DNA of 64,000 nt from Camelus dromedarius (taxonomy: Eukaryota). The notes beneath the pieces were generated by a model. It saw only the letters and a list, made by a program, of their open reading frames with translations, ran no database searches and was not told where the DNA came from. Positions 1-13,952 of this stretch are shown here, in pieces. The DNA is taken from assembly GCF_036321535.1 (NCBI RefSeq), contig NC_087436.1, positions 96,784,001-96,848,000 on the forward strand, given 5' to 3'. Within the stretch, counting starts at the first letter, position 1; the number at the start of each line of letters is the position of its first letter. The translations under genes were made by a program, and so were the position numbers.

Positions 1-189
1 AGAAAATGAAATATAAAAAAACGGATTAACTAAGCATTTGCCAAATTGTATCCCGTGGAATTCTGATCAACAGGATGTTTATGGGGATGACAAGTCAAAA
101 GGAGCTTATATTTGAGAATGTCAGAGGCATACAATACACAAGTACCAAAAAATATATGATACACTGTGGGGTAGTGCACTATTCTGAAG

Positions 190-600
190 AAAAGCAAAGC
201 ACAGAAGGGAAGTGCCATATGCAAAGGGTAATGTTGAGGTCATATTTCTGATAGGAAGGCCAGGGCTTTCATGAGGTGAGCTTCAAAGCGAAGACCTAAA
301 TGAGCAAAGATTTAAAGAAAGAGTATTCCAGAAAAGTAGAAATGGCTAATGTGCTGGGACTGAAATGAGCTTGGTTTATCAGAGGAACAGCCAGAAAGCT
401 AGTCTGTATAGGGCTGAGTGAGTGTGTAGACAAGCTGTAACACCAAATCAGAGCTTGGGCAGGGTCAGATTACACAGGGTCTTGAAGCTGGGGTAAAGGT
501 TTAAGCTTTATTTTAAGACTGTGGAGCCATTTTTGATCAGGGGATGGTCCTGAACTGAGGTTATAGAAAGATCACCTGACTGCTTTATGTATTTGAGACT
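190..600 (-). mobile_element. L2 LINE fragment
   Basis: Degenerate antisense L2 3' region motifs (agagtattccagaaaag, gaggaacagccagaaagctagtctg, gaaagatcacctgactgct). Boundaries approximate. Confidence 0.6.
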
Positions 601-900
601 CAGAACAGGCAGATACTGAAGCACTGTAACCAGTCACTCTGGATGGCTGGCCTTGAAACTGCCAGTCTCAGAGCCTATCGTGCTCATGTTACTTCACTGT
701 TGTCTTGGCAAATATTAGGCAGATACAAGAAGCACATAGGTATATCAATAACAAGTGAGATGTTGTACGTTTCTTATCTAGGAAGGAGTTAAAAATAATC
801 AAAGGAATAAATCTTTAACTGCTAGATAAATATAGAAAGCATGTTGGCATAGGAAATATCAATATTCTTGGGAATCATATGATTCAAGTTGCCAGTTTCT

Positions 901-1636
901 TTTTTTAACCAGTTTTATTGAAATATCATAAGCATACAGCACTGTATAAGTTTAAGGTGTACAACATAATGGTATGTCTTACATATATTGTGAAATGGTT
1001 ACCACAGTAAGTTTAGTTAACATTCATCATCTCACAGACATACAAAGAAAAGAAAAAAAAATTTTTTTTTCTTGTCATGAGAACTCAGGATTTACCTTTC
1101 ACAACTTTCAGGTATACCATATAGCAGTGTTGACCATACTCATCATGTTGTACATTGCATCCCTAGTATTTATTTATCTTGGTACTGGAAGTTTGTACCT
1201 TTTGACCACCTTCGTCCAATTCCCCTTCCCCAACCCCACTCCTCTGATAACCACAAATCTGATCTCTTTTTCTGTAAGTTTGCTTTCTTGTTTTTTAGAT
1301 TCCACATATACTTGATCATATAGTATTTGTCTTTCTCTGACTTATTTTATTTAGCATAATGCCCTCATGATTTATCCATATTATTGTAAGTGGCAGGGTT
1401 TCCTTCTTTGTTAAGGCTGAATAATATTCCATCATTTACATAGACACCGCATTTTATTTGTTTACTCAACCATCGATGGGCACTTGGACTATTTCCATGT
1501 GTTGGCTATTGTGAATAATATGACAATGAACACAAGGGTGCAGAAATCCCTTTGACACAGAGTTTTTGTTTCCTTTAGATGTATTTCCAGAAGTGGAATT
1601 GATGGATGACTTGGTAGTTCTATTTTATTTTTTGAG
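901..1636 (-). mobile_element. 5'-truncated L1 (L1MA9-like 3' end)
   Basis: T-tract at 897-907 followed by typical antisense L1 3' UTR (tttattgaaatatcata...gtataagtttaaggtgtacaacataatg). Putative TSD gttgccagtttct (888-900) / gttggcagtttct (1637-1649), 12/13 match. Confidence 0.9.
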
Positions 1637-1733
1637 GTTGGCAGTTTCTAAGACCAGTCTTGAAATTGTTTATCTACTTTAAGCTTCTCAGCTCAGTAAT
1701 GTCTAAAGAAGTGCAGAGATCAATGTATTGGAT

Positions 1734-1979
1734 CAAAGTTTCTTAACTTCATTACTATTGACATGTTGGCCAAAGTATTTGACATTCTTTGCTGTAGGGA
1801 GCTGTCCTATACATTTGTAGAATGTTTAAGAGCATTCCTGGCCTCTACCCACTAAATGCCAGTAGAATACTATCTTCTTGCCACCCCCACCCCTGCCACC
1901 CAGTCAAGTCAATAAAAAAATGTCTCTAGACATTGCCAATGTCTCCTGTGAGGAGGATTGCTTCTAGGAAGAACCACTG
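1734..1979. mobile_element. MER20-like hAT-Charlie non-autonomous DNA transposon
   Basis: Characteristic motifs gctgtcctatacatttgtagaatgttt, cctggcctctacccactaaatgccagtag, aatgtctctagacattgccaa and terminal gaaccactg. Confidence 0.85.
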
Positions 1980-2204
1980 TGTTAGATGATAGAAGTATTC
2001 TATTCAGAGTCTCTTCTAACAACTTAAAAATGTGTGAAATGTTAGCGAGAGCATGTGCAAAGCAAACCGGTACTGGAAAGCATCCAAAAACTAAAGCAGT
2101 AAAGCTGGTAACCTAAGCCTTCCGTATCAAGCACATACCCATCTCACTGAATCTTGACAAAGTTTTTAAAAGTTGTTTTTATTCTAAATCAAGTGGTTTC
2201 TTTG

Positions 2205-2310
2205 GCTCAGAGATGAGAAACTGAAGCTCAAGAGATAACAAAACTAACATCACCCAACTAGTAACTAGAGGGGTGGGAATCAGACTCAGGTCTCCCTGAC
2301 TCCAAAGCAT
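2205..2310 (-). mobile_element. MIR SINE fragment
   Basis: MIR core-like gatgagaaactgaagctcaagag ... caggtctccctgactccaaagc. Confidence 0.7.
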
Positions 2311-2524
2311 ATTTTCCTTCCAATATATTATGCTATGTCCTGCCAAAAAATCAAGGCAATATCATGTTCAGGATGGTTCTTATATGGCATAATTTAGATT
2401 ATAGTTTGAAGAATTAGGTAATTATTAGCAATCTCTTCCACAGTGAATTTCTTTTTTGCAAATGATTGTGACTATTATTATGAGCAATACTTCTTATAGT
2501 AATAATTTTTTAATAACAAGTGAC

Positions 2525-2875
2525 ATATATCAGGGACTTACCATGGGTAAGGCACTGGAATAAATGTTCCTATGGGTGTGGCCCGATTACATCCTTATAA
2601 TAACCTGATGAGATAGATATCATTATTATATACATTTTACAGATAAAAATAATAATTAGGGAGAAATATCATTTTTGTTTACTAAATGCCTAACCCATTA
2701 TTAAGCCCTTCACATGGATTTAATCCTCATAACACTTTGATGAGACAGAAAGTATTCCTCTTTCCATTTGCAGATGAAGAAATTGATGCTTAGAAAAATG
2801 AAGTAACTGCTTAAAAGGAAACTTGGAAGTTAAGTAGCTGGCTTTCACACTTACGTGTATCTGACACCAAATCTA
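2525..2875 (-). mobile_element. Two adjacent MIR fragments
   Basis: cattattatatacattttacagat (~2620) and atttaatcctcataac...ccatttgcagatgaagaaattgatgcttagaaa (~2720-2795) match the MIR core. Confidence 0.7.
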
Positions 2876-3749
2876 GTGTGTGACATCATAACCATTTGTT
2901 ATGTTCTCCTGCTATTAGTAGTGCTTTAAAAATTAGGACAATTGTGAATGAAAATAAGTGCCTTCCCTCACAACAAAAAGAGAACAAAAAATCCTTTCCA
3001 AGTGATTTTTTTTTTTCCTTTTTAACATTAAATCTGGTACAAACGTCTTTCTTAGAAATGTACTCTATCTTGGCATGATCTCTCCCCTTTCTTCCATACC
3101 TTCCTATCCCCTCCCAACCAGGGGTTCTGAATAGCTAGTGGAGAAAGTGAGATAGCAGAGAATAAAAGCGAATGTCAGCCAGTAAGAGTTAGACTTTAAC
3201 TTCCTGTCAGCAAGTACAAAAGGTGAGAATCAACGTTTGCTCTGGCAAGTCAGAAATGCTTACATTTCTTGTCATACTCTGTCTTCATCCCCTCTTCCAG
3301 GCTTCATCTGAAAGTATCCCCATCAGAAACACAAGAGAGCAGCTGGCCAAGGAACACATTCTCCCTTACAATATGGGGTGCTGGAGCAGACTTTATTGAA
3401 CAGAAATTGCAGATTGATCCTTTCTATCTCAATGACACATTTCAGCAATTGATAAAAATACACCCATTTGACCTGCCATTTATTATTCAGAGTCCTTTCT
3501 GTCATTTCTCATAGAGACAGCAAAGTTATAGGTACCACAACAGGAAATACAAGAATGGTTTTATCTTTTGCATTCTAGAGGTGTTCTATTAGAATGAGCG
3601 GCTTAAAATTTTGCACATGTGTAGCTTACAGCATATGTCCTAATGTTCTGGTATAAAATGTGGATAAATTAGCCAATGATAATCCATCATTAATAAATAC
3701 TGAGAGTGCATTTATTAAATCAGTCATTGTAAAATGAAATGATCACAGA

Positions 3750-4020
3750 AGGCAGACCTATAACTGAAATAGGTAAAGCAAGACAATAAAAGAGATAATA
3801 GGGACTGGTGGGGAGTGTGGTCTAAGTCTGAGCACATGTGCTTTCTCTGAATTGGGTGCTCATGACTCAACTCCAGCAGATTTTTGCTATGCAAGAATGT
3901 GGGCTCAGTGTTGCCAGATGCTACGATTTATCATAAGAGCTGGAAGTCCATATTTTCAAGTGAAATCTTCCTAACTTTAAAATGTTGGCAAATTTTGTCT
4001 TCTTTTTTTTAAATACTATC
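3750..4020. mobile_element. MER102-like hAT-Charlie element
   Basis: atagggactggtggggagtgtgg and tgtgggctcagtgttgccagat...gtgaaatcttcctaactttaaaatgttggcaa resemble the recalled MER102 consensus. Confidence 0.6.
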
Positions 4021-4139
4021 GAGGCTGCTCTTATGTTACTTCACTTAGGGTGGATGGATATTGATTTCAGAATGCAGAGAGCTTTGTGGTAATTTGCACT
4101 CCAGCCTATTTAGAGAAGCTTTCATAGAAGTTTGTTACA

Positions 4140-4285
4140 CCCCAGCCTTTGAGCTCACACTTGAGTGGGCACTACTTGGGGAGCTTATTGCAGATTGATA
4201 ACCACAGAAATTCTAGTTCAGTAGGTCTGAGGTAGGACCTAGGAATTCTGCTGTGGATGACACAGTGAACATAATTTGAACACTC
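4140..4285. mobile_element. MER5A-like hAT element
   Basis: cagaaattctagttcagtaggtctgaggtaggacctaggaattctgc is the MER5 central motif. Confidence 0.6.
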
Positions 4286-4318
4286 TCTTAGAAAGTGAGA
4301 GGGAGGAACCCATTAGAT

Positions 4319-4531
4319 TAGGGGTTGGCAATCTGTGGTCCATCTGCCAAATCCAGTCCATTGCTTGTTTTTGTAAATAAAGATTTATTGGAACACAGCC
4401 ACTGGTTCACATAGTCTTTGGCTGTATCGTGCCACAAGGCATAATTGAGCAGTTGTGATAGAGACTGTGTGGCCCTCAGTGCCTGAAATGTTTACCATCT
4501 GGCCCTTTACATGAAAGTTTACTGACTTCTG
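4319..4531. mobile_element. MER58A-like hAT-Charlie element with 8-bp TSD
   Basis: Starts (t)aggggttggcaa, contains tgtttttgtaaataaagatttattggaacacagcca, ends aaagtttactgacttctg. Flanked by cattagat (4311-4318) / cattagac (4532-4539). Confidence 0.9.
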
Positions 4532-5162
4532 CATTAGACAAAATAGGTCCTATGTCTCTAAACCTTAATAAAATGATGACTCTTCAATATTATTTGGGTT
4601 CATAAAAATAATGCAAAAAGAGCCATATTACTGATGGTGTTGATTTATAATTCAGTTTAGTCCAAACTATTTCTCCTAAGCAAAGACTATCTTGTTGCTA
4701 TGACAATAGTTATACAAATCTATATATAGGAGAAGAAAAGAAAAAGGCAACAGAAACATATTAAATGTTAGACCAGAGAAAAGGACAGTAAAAGCCTTGT
4801 GATTTGGCTTTGACTTGCAGGGGTATAAACACTAGCATGTGCACATTCTCCCCCATAGGTGAGACGGTTACATGTGACTCTGAGGATCCTTGCTCCTCCA
4901 ACAGGCCGTCCCCTATTCCAGTCTCTGCAAACACCATCTGTGTGTACGGGGGAAACGAATTCACAAATAAATGAGTCATATGCCAGCGCTTTTCACTTGT
5001 CAGTAGTGTAGATAATGGGTTTATGGAGGATTAAAAAATAGATCAATGTTGAATTTCAGTTGCCTTATCCTAAATATATACCAATCTTATTATGACTGAA
5101 TAGTCCCACAGAATCTGAATAGCTTTTCTATTTATCACCTCATTAACAGTCCTGTAAGCCAG

Positions 5163-5960
5163 CTACTCTGTTGTTCCCGTCTTTGCAAATGACACAACCA
5201 TTCACCCTTTTCCAAAGGCCAAAGCTCCCACAGTCAAACTGAATTTCACCCTTCCCCTCTCAGATCACATCTATACAGCCCCTCCATGCTGGCATCCTGG
5301 TCCAAGCCATTATCATCTCTTGTCTAGCCTCCTGTGGTTTCCTGCCTACATGTTGTGAATCACAATATAGTTTCCACTCCTCAACCAGAGTTCCATTTTA
5401 AATACATAGGTGAGATTAATTCATGCCCAGGCTCAAAACTCCCTCAATATCATCCTATCACACTCAGTTAAAAATCCAAAATCTTTCCCAGGCCCCATAG
5501 ATCTGTCCTCTGCAGATATCTCTGTCTTCATTTCCTACTTGTCAGCCCTTGCTTACTCCCCACCATCCAACCTGGCCATCTTGCTTTTCAGATACCCATA
5601 TAGGCTAAGTACCTTTCTGCTTCAGGGCCTTTGGACTTGCTACTTCCCTCTACCAGGAAATTTCCTCTGAAAGTCCTTTGCTTGACTCTCTCTTCCTTCT
5701 TATTCATGTCCTCTTCAGAGGGGCCTTCCTTGATCATCCATCAGTCTATCTACTTTTCCTGCATTCTTTTCCTTTTTGAAATTTATCATTCCATGAAACC
5801 CCATTATACAGTCACTTGCTTACAAATTTTCAGTGTATCCCACTCAGTTGTAACCTTCGTGAGGGCCGAGAGCTTGTCTGTATTATTTGTTATTTTATCC
5901 ACAACACCTAGACAAGACATGGCAGAGTCAGTCCTGTGTTTTTACTAAATGAATGAATGA
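5163..5960 (+). mobile_element. L2 LINE 3' part
   Basis: cctggtccaagccattatcatctcttg and cttcagggcctttggacttgct motifs, ending in the L2 tail aatgaatgaatgaa (~5948-5961). Confidence 0.85.
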
Positions 5961-8900
5961 AAGAAGGAATGCATACAAATTCCAAGACTGAATTTTGACT
6001 GACTTTACTGTGTTTTGTTTTTTTTTTGCAAGATTTTAAGACTCCAAGATCTTGTATCTTCAGCCTGACAGAACCAATAACTTCATTTCAGACAGAGAAA
6101 GATACTCTGAGCCAGGCATCTAAACACTGCAAGAGAATTAATAGACTAGAAAATTCTCAACACTGAAAAGAAAAAAATTCCAGGCCAGATGATATAGACT
6201 AATCCTAAAAAGAAAAGAAAAAAGTGAAGATATGAAGTCTGAATGGTCTGATCGGCAAAACAGCCAGGTGGGGTGGCAGTCCTTGGGGACACTGTAGGTG
6301 AAAGGTCTCGCTGGACTGGGCACTTCAGCTTGCTTCTGCCTCCACAGTCGCCTGCTCTGTCCTTGGCTAAACCCAGCTAACTTTAGTTTCAGAATTTCTC
6401 CATATGAGGTTGGTCATTTCACAAACATGTGAGAGTCATGAGACAGAATGAGGGGAAGGAAGCTGAGTGGATTGCTCTAAAAAATCTCTTTCTACTCATC
6501 AAAACACACACACACATAGAGGGCACAGGAGTCAGCTCAGACAATGACAACTCAATCAGACAAGGGGGATTTGGTATAAATATGGTTCAGAATGATCCAC
6601 AGGCTTAAGAATCTTACGCAAAGTCCCAAACTCGACTTTTTCCCTCACGTTCCGAAAAGTGTAGTAGATAACAGATGACTGTAAAAATTCTTTGAAACAA
6701 TCAGATGGTCAATAAAGATCCTTAGGGATTGATCATTTGCATATTTATTACATGGGATACCATGAAGCTGAGATATAATACGGCAGACTTCATATGCCTT
6801 TAAGCAAGTTTTTCTAGGGAGTTTATCCCCAGTTTTTGCTGTATAAAATTTATAATTAATTTCTTTAAAAGTATATACACACATACATTTAAGAGATATG
6901 CGTGTATATATTTTATTTATGTATATTACATATATGTGTGTATACTTCTCATCTCATAATAACAGATACTCTGTCATGTTAGGCCTTTTTTGTAGTACTA
7001 AGTAATTTTAAAAATCATAAAATGATTTCTAAAACAAATGGCATAATTATAATTGTCTAACAATAAATTTGAAATTAAGCAATTAAGAATATATTTAAAA
7101 CTGCAAATAGTTTTAATTTTATTTATTTTCTAATTTTCTTTTTTTTATTATTTTTCTTATAATTACAGGAAAAATCAGGAAAAAATATATACATACATAT
7201 TCCTATCTACCCAACCAATCATATTATTAATAGTTTGTGGTATATGCGTCTAGATATTTTTCTATTTATCTATGACATTTGTCAGGTCTCATACATGAAC
7301 AGGATGCATGCACCTACATGTGATTTTTTTTAGAGAAGTAAAGCTGTGCATTATAAAGTTGCATGCTTTCTTCACTTAGCTATCTATATATTATGAACAT
7401 CATTAAAGTCAGAAATATGCTATATAATTTTAGGCATTTACAGAAGTTTTATAGGAATTCTTTTTTTACCACATTTTTAATGGTTGCATAAGATCATATG
7501 AAATGTTTAGCATTTATACAAATACCCTCTTTTAGTATTTAATATTTCCAATATTTTAAGATAATTTATGGAACAGACAAAAGCAGTTGAAAACAAATTA
7601 AAAATTTAAAGATAGAAATCATCTGAACCCAAATTCTAAACAGCAGGTAACCTTGCCTAAAAAAAAGCTTTCTAAAATACCTGTGGTGCATCATTCTCAG
7701 TATGTTAGAAACAACCCCAAAATCATAGACTGACACCTGTAATTTAGACCAGGATGTGATTCCTAACACAGTGTTATTTTATTCATAAATATTAGCTGAC
7801 TGGGTGGGACAGGGCCACATGAGGACCATAGTCTAAGGAAGGACAGAGGCAGTCCTACTCTGCCCTGGAGTCCCATTTCACCAGGACTAACCTTGACACT
7901 GCATTTCTGATCCTTGTTTTGGCTCCTTCTGTCGGTCCCCAGATACTTTAACTGGCTGGGAAAGGAGGATTGTAAAGAAAATTCCCAAATTGCTCTTACC
8001 CAAATTATTCAAAGCCTAAGAGACCCTGCAAGCCACAGGTCTCAGACAGCTCGCAGAGAATGAGTTTTAACTGGAGACACGGAGCTGTAAATACCTATTG
8101 GGCCTCAGTGCATAGCAATCATCTCTAAACCAAAAAGTACGACACACGTTCTAACCATGAGATGGGAGACTTGAAACGTGTGTTTTTTGGAGAAATCTAG
8201 GAAATCAGTCCAAATCTAGGCATTTAATTTTTGGACTTAACTTCAGCTTGAGCATTGGATCATAGCATGGGATTTGTATTTAAATTTGGTGTTCTCCATG
8301 CTGATTGGAATATTATAGTTGGAGAATCTTCCTGCAGTTTATTATTCATCAGTGCAAGCCTTCTTCTAATTTATTACTCATTAATGTATTCATTTAATCT
8401 CCTTGCATATAGAAAGTATAGTTTTGACATGATTTGGGATGTGAGCAGATTTGAGTAATGCTCTCTTCTGATCCATTCCATTCTGGTATTTCCCCATAGT
8501 GACAGGGGGTCAATATCACCACTGCCCATCAGCAGTCCTATGACACTACCTATAGGATAGTGGTTGGGATTGAGGGAGTGACCTCAAGAAAGTAGGAATC
8601 TCCCCAAGGGACTAGGCATGCTCCTGCACAAGCATAATCTGAAAGGTTGATCCCAATGTGCTAAGAAAATAAAAAGTAGGGAGTGCTAGTGAGGAACTTC
8701 CATGAGGAGTGATTTTTTCTAAATATTCTAACTCTTGACTCCCTTATTCTTCCCCATGAAAGTCAAGTTTATTAGGCTACAGCCACTAATTCATGTAGTC
8801 ACATGTGTGGAGCTGGTCTTTCAACATTCCTTAAGGGGGATTTGATTTCTGATATTTCACCTCTTTATTCATCAGTAGGAGGAAACAATTTCTGTAAATG

Positions 8901-11900
8901 TGACTGTTCTGCAGTTTTAAGTTTCTCTCTGATACCCTGTTCCAAGATCTAGCCTGAGCGAACAGGCAGGAACAATTCCATTTAGGTGCTTGCCCTTAAC
9001 TAATTCTTCTGAGACTTTACAATATTTGGGTTCTCTGCTGAATCTTTCATCTCATTTCTCAGTTGGTGTAGAATTTAGGTAGGGAAGAGAGACGCTATTT
9101 ATTAGAGTTTTCTTCTCAAAGACACAGGAAACAGGTGCTATTATTAATCTCAAATTTATAGGTGAGAGGACGGAAGCATAGAAGACTATGCAATATGTCC
9201 AGGTATGGACATGTAAACTTGGTTTCAAATCCCGATTTTTGTCTTTCATGTTCTTAACAAGAACATGCTCCCTCTCAGTTATTATAAAGGAGCATAACTC
9301 GTTAGCCATATAATAATTTTATTCCATTTTCAAAGCAATTAGCTAGAAATGTGAATTATTATAATTCGGATTTTTACTATCTAGTTCTGTAAATCTTCAT
9401 CTTGACTCATTTAAGAAACTCTCTTAAAGAAAACTCCAGAGTTACTCCTACCAGAATCTAAATGAAATTTATAACATCAGTCTTAATTAACTTTACTTAG
9501 AAAAAAAAAGTGTTAGAAAAGTAACACATATTTGTATAGATTCAGTCTCACCCATAGGGAGTTTAGGTGTCAGTAGATGTAATTTGCTACAAATTCAAAT
9601 AGCAGCTACAAAAAGCTTAATTATCTAGACATGATTTTTCATTCTTCTTCAATTTGCTATTTGTGGTTCTGGTTTATATTTGTGTAAGTGACTGTGAAAG
9701 AAATATATTTACATTAGGGTTCTAATGTTCTCAAGTACCTTCTCCTTTTGGCACAATTCTTTTAGTGGCCCTGGACACCAGGGAATAGGTGACTGCTGAG
9801 GGGCAATCCAGATAACTAGGGATGGTCTAGCTCATAAAAAGTCATAGGATGCTTTTGCTATACTCTTTTGCAATCTACCTCTCAGTTGTCTAACATAACA
9901 ACCACTCCCCATCGTTTTTTTCCCCACCAATCACCCACCATTACCAAGAGACAACTTCTTCCTTTTTCCCTTTACCAGCACACACAAATTCCATAGAGAC
10001 TCTCTAATTCAAGATCAATAATTACAGAAAAGATCCTGATACAGCCTTGATCATCTTGACAATGTTCTTCTGAAGAGAATGATCTCTGCTCATCAGCAGA
10101 ATTGTTGGACCAGAGAAAAACATCACACAAACAAACTGTGAAGATCATTACCATAAAAACCAACATGCATAATTTCTCCTCCAGATTTATGGTTTCTTTG
10201 CAAAACAATCCTTTTTTTTTTCTGGTAATTACATTGTATGTGTTTATGCTGTTGAATATCAGAGTGATGAACTATTAGATGTTCTTGTTCCGTGGACTCT
10301 TTTTCCTTTGACCTGAAAATATTGATTCTTAGTTCCCCTGCCTCTGTTGTTTTCACTATGAATCTATCAAAATAAACATTCTGATTATGTTAGCTGAAAA
10401 TTTTAATGAAAGACTGTTAGAATTGGCACATCTTGCTGAATCTGTAGTAAAGAGCTATTTCAGAGAATAGTCAGAGTGAGGTGGGTTTGCAGGTCAGCTC
10501 ATACCCCTTTTGCATGCACAGCAATGCTTCCTGTCCCTCCTGCACATTTTCATATCAACATATGCCCTCATTAATGACTGTGGTTATGGGGCAAAACAAT
10601 GAGTCACGTGTTTCACAGAGGCTCTCAGCTAAATTCATCTGGTTTTATTCCTCTAGGAGATTGAATCAGCATTTCTAATATTTCCTTCACAATCAAGAAG
10701 GCAAAAAGGGGAGAAAGAAAAAAAAAAAAGAGAATGGCAGAAAGAGATTGGATTGGGGCAATTAGGAAGATACAAAATTACAATAAGAAATACTTGCAAA
10801 ATGAATGTCAAGTAATATTAGTAGAGGGACAGAAGTCAAATTCCTAAATGGGGGCACTGACATTACGGCTAGTGATAAAGCTCTATGTTTCTGCTTTGTT
10901 TGTTCATTCTGTCCTCATTTGACATGCTTTATTGAATTTTTACTCTGTACTGGGCACTGAACTTGGCTCTGAGAATAGAAGAGGAAATAAAACCTTATGG
11001 GTCTTATCTATTACTTAACTAATTATTTCACAATTGCTTCTACTAGAATTTTACTATCTTGAATAGGATCTCCAGCTACACTAGGAAAGGGCTCTACAAA
11101 ACCTAGACTTATGTGACAGTGTTATGGAAATGAACCACCTACACATATTCAGAATTGACTCCAAAAAAGCTACCTCACATTGGACACTGAGAGAGCTATG
11201 AACTCCTGATCTAAAAGGATCTAAAGTGATACCGTAGTCCATTATCCTCTTTAGAGAAAGACAAGAAGTTTATCAACAGTTTCCAAAAATTATTTTAATG
11301 ATCACAACTCTTCCTTGGATAGGAAGGCAAAGTAGCCTTTTAACTGTGGCAACATTTTGTTTTGTTTTGTTTTGCTTTGTTTTATTTTATGTGTGTTTGG
11401 AAAAAGTCAGGTGCTGTTTGATAAACATCAGGATAATCTACCAGGATACAATGTGAGACCCTAAAGGCTTGTGAATCATCTAAAGCCAAAGAAATAAAAA
11501 TAAAATTATGCTTCTCTATATGAGAAAAAGATAGAAATTTTTTATTTGTTTCTTGATATTGTTAGTGGCTCCTGAGAGAAAAAAATAGACGAGAAGGGGA
11601 AAAAGCAGCAAGGCGATTAGATGCTTGGGTATAGGTAACGGAAGGCAGTGGCAGTAGGGCTAAAGTGACAATTAAGAATTGAAATGCCTAACATACTATT
11701 TAAACTGTGGGACTCCAAAATTGTCTGTAAAATCTCTCCTGTCTATAAAATCAACTAAATTTTTTTGTGCATGTTTCTTTTTTTTATCATTTTGTTTTTG
11801 GAAAACAATGAAGGAGGATTAATTTTACATCAAAAATACTTAGTGATGAACAGAGAAAGCACAGGCAAGAAATAGGAGTAAGCAGAGACAACCTTGAGAA

Positions 11901-13180
11901 GATAAACTCTCTACTTATCCACAGAATTCTTAGACAGGACTTGCAATTCTCTCTAGGTTTGGATTAGGATTGAAGTTAATCTCATTTAGATAGACCATAG
12001 ATTTCACCTCTGATAGTTTCACAGAAAAATCAAAATGAGGTATACCTAGAATTCAAGTAAGTTTCACATGGAACTCAATAGTTAATGACCACAGTGAAAT
12101 GTGTTCACTACTCTGAAATTTAAAAAGCATTTTAAAATGTCATACCACCTCCATCAATTCTTCTGAGAATTCTTCATAATGTGATAATAGTAGAGTAGGT
12201 ATCGTATATCTTTTTTTTTTCAGGTGAGAACCTGAGGTCCAGAAAGATAAAGATATTTGTCAAAGGTCACGTGAGAATGAAGTTGTTTATAAACACAGAC
12301 TGTCTCATTTTCAATGCTAAATGTTGTCTATTGTTGTGCTGTTGCTTAGTATATTTTAAAACAATTATTATGAATTTAATTGCAGGAAAGCTCATTTACA
12401 TCTTAGCATGAAAGAAATAATTAACATTTTCCTAAATTCAAAAGCAGAATTTTAATAAAAGTTTCCAGTGTGAAAACTAAGTGATTTGCATATATTCCTT
12501 TGACTTAAATATCTAATTGTCAGGGCATTTGCATTTTTCTATCTAATTTTGCCAGCACACCCAATTCATCTACATATTCCTGTTAGTCTAGTTGCTAAGA
12601 ATGGGTGGCCTTACCTACCCATAATCAAAATTAACTTCAGCTTCAACAGAATTCAAGAAAGAAAATTTTTATAGCACATAAAGAGGAACTATTTTCAGAC
12701 TCAAATCTTGTCAACCTTTTTAAACAATGAATAGGTATTTTGATATTCTTCTCAGGGTGCCTGAGGCTATATAAAGCAGTGTTAATATTGAAGGTTTCCT
12801 AGTAACACATTCATATATCAACTTAGAGGTGAATAAAAGGGATTTATCTTTGAATGTATAAATATTTTAATCCAAGCACTAATGGATTATACATTCTCTC
12901 TCAGTTCCCATAATATATATCCCCTTTGGCTGACTTTGATACTGTATCTCTCAATTTAGAAATTAAAAAGAATAGAAATCTGATTTCTTGAAGCAGCTTT
13001 CAACCTATGTAATTAAGACTCCACAAATGCTCACAACAAGACCTTAGGGATTCTCTGTCATTGTATTCACAGTACGCTGTGTTTATCTAAAAGAAAATGA
13101 ATGTGAAATACACATCATTTTACTGTTAATTCATTGTTCCCATAATCCATGTGCATTTGCAGTTGCTATTACCTTCATCC

Positions 13181-13663
13181 TGAATATCAGGATCAAGGCT
13201 GCCTCACTTGACTAAACTCTAGATAGGCTTCTTCCTGCCTCTACACCCCTAACCTCCCTTTTCCTAGAGTATTTACTTAATAAACTTTTCACTGTAAATT
13301 CTCTCTGCCCCTTTAGACCTAATGTTTCACCCAGCCTTTTGCCAGTTTTATAACCAAGGCATGTCTTTCTCACAGCCCTGGGATGAAATGGGATCATCAA
13401 AGGAGATACAGTCACTATCTCCTAGTCTCTGTGGGAAGGTAGGGGCTTAATTTAGGACAGTTAGCAAACATTTATTGCCTAATCACATTGACTACCTATT
13501 CACCAACATTCTCCAGTTCTAATCTACTAGCTTACTCCGATGCTTAAAAACCACTCCTGCGTTTTTTTTTCAGTGGAGTTCAGTCTCCCTCTCCGATTGC
13601 AGTAGTCTCACATAAAGTCTTTCTTATATCTTTAATTCTCTCTAATACAGTTTTTCTTTGATA
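13181..13663 (+). mobile_element. MER67-like ERV1 solo LTR
   Basis: ttgactaaactctagataggcttcttcctg, gtctctgtgggaaggtagg, gcctaatcacattgac, and a 3' end ataaagtctttctt...tttttctttgata resemble the MER67/MER31 group. Start approximate. Confidence 0.7.
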
Positions 13664-13874
13664 ATCATCACCATTATTATTGCTACCATTTTTGGATCAC
13701 TTACAAGGCACCAAATACTTTGCTAAGTTCATTACTATAGAATGTCTTGTTTAATTTTCATGATAACCTCGAGTTTTTCTTGATCCTATTTTATAGATGG
13801 GAGAATGAAAGCACAGGGTTGTTAAATGGCATTGCCCTCTCTGTAAAAGGGCACCTAGCAGTTTTAAGAAAAGA

Positions 13875-13952
13875 GGGGAATGGAAAAGAGGGAGTGAAAG
13901 AAGAAGAAGGACAAGGAGAAGAAGAAGAGAGGAGAGAGAGAAGAGATGAGAT
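13875..13952 (+). repeat. Purine-rich (GA/GAA) low-complexity tract
   Basis: gaagaagaaggacaaggagaagaagaagaggagagagagaagag. It explains the E/R-rich and L/S-rich ORFs at 13747 and 13751. Confidence 0.8.

Noticed and set aside
974..1315. 113-aa hydrophobic ORF
   Set aside because: Lies wholly within an antisense L1 3' UTR.
3281..3400. Good acceptor (tcccctcttccag) followed by a short open frame ASSESIPIRNTREQLAKEHILPYNMGCWSRLY*
   Set aside because: No recognisable protein and no partner exon. Such acceptors are common by chance.
9972..10356. Two overlapping minus-strand ORFs that might be a frameshifted pseudogene
   Set aside because: No recognisable protein similarity in any frame, no poly(A)/TSD and no convincing splice pair. 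BLASTX would settle it.
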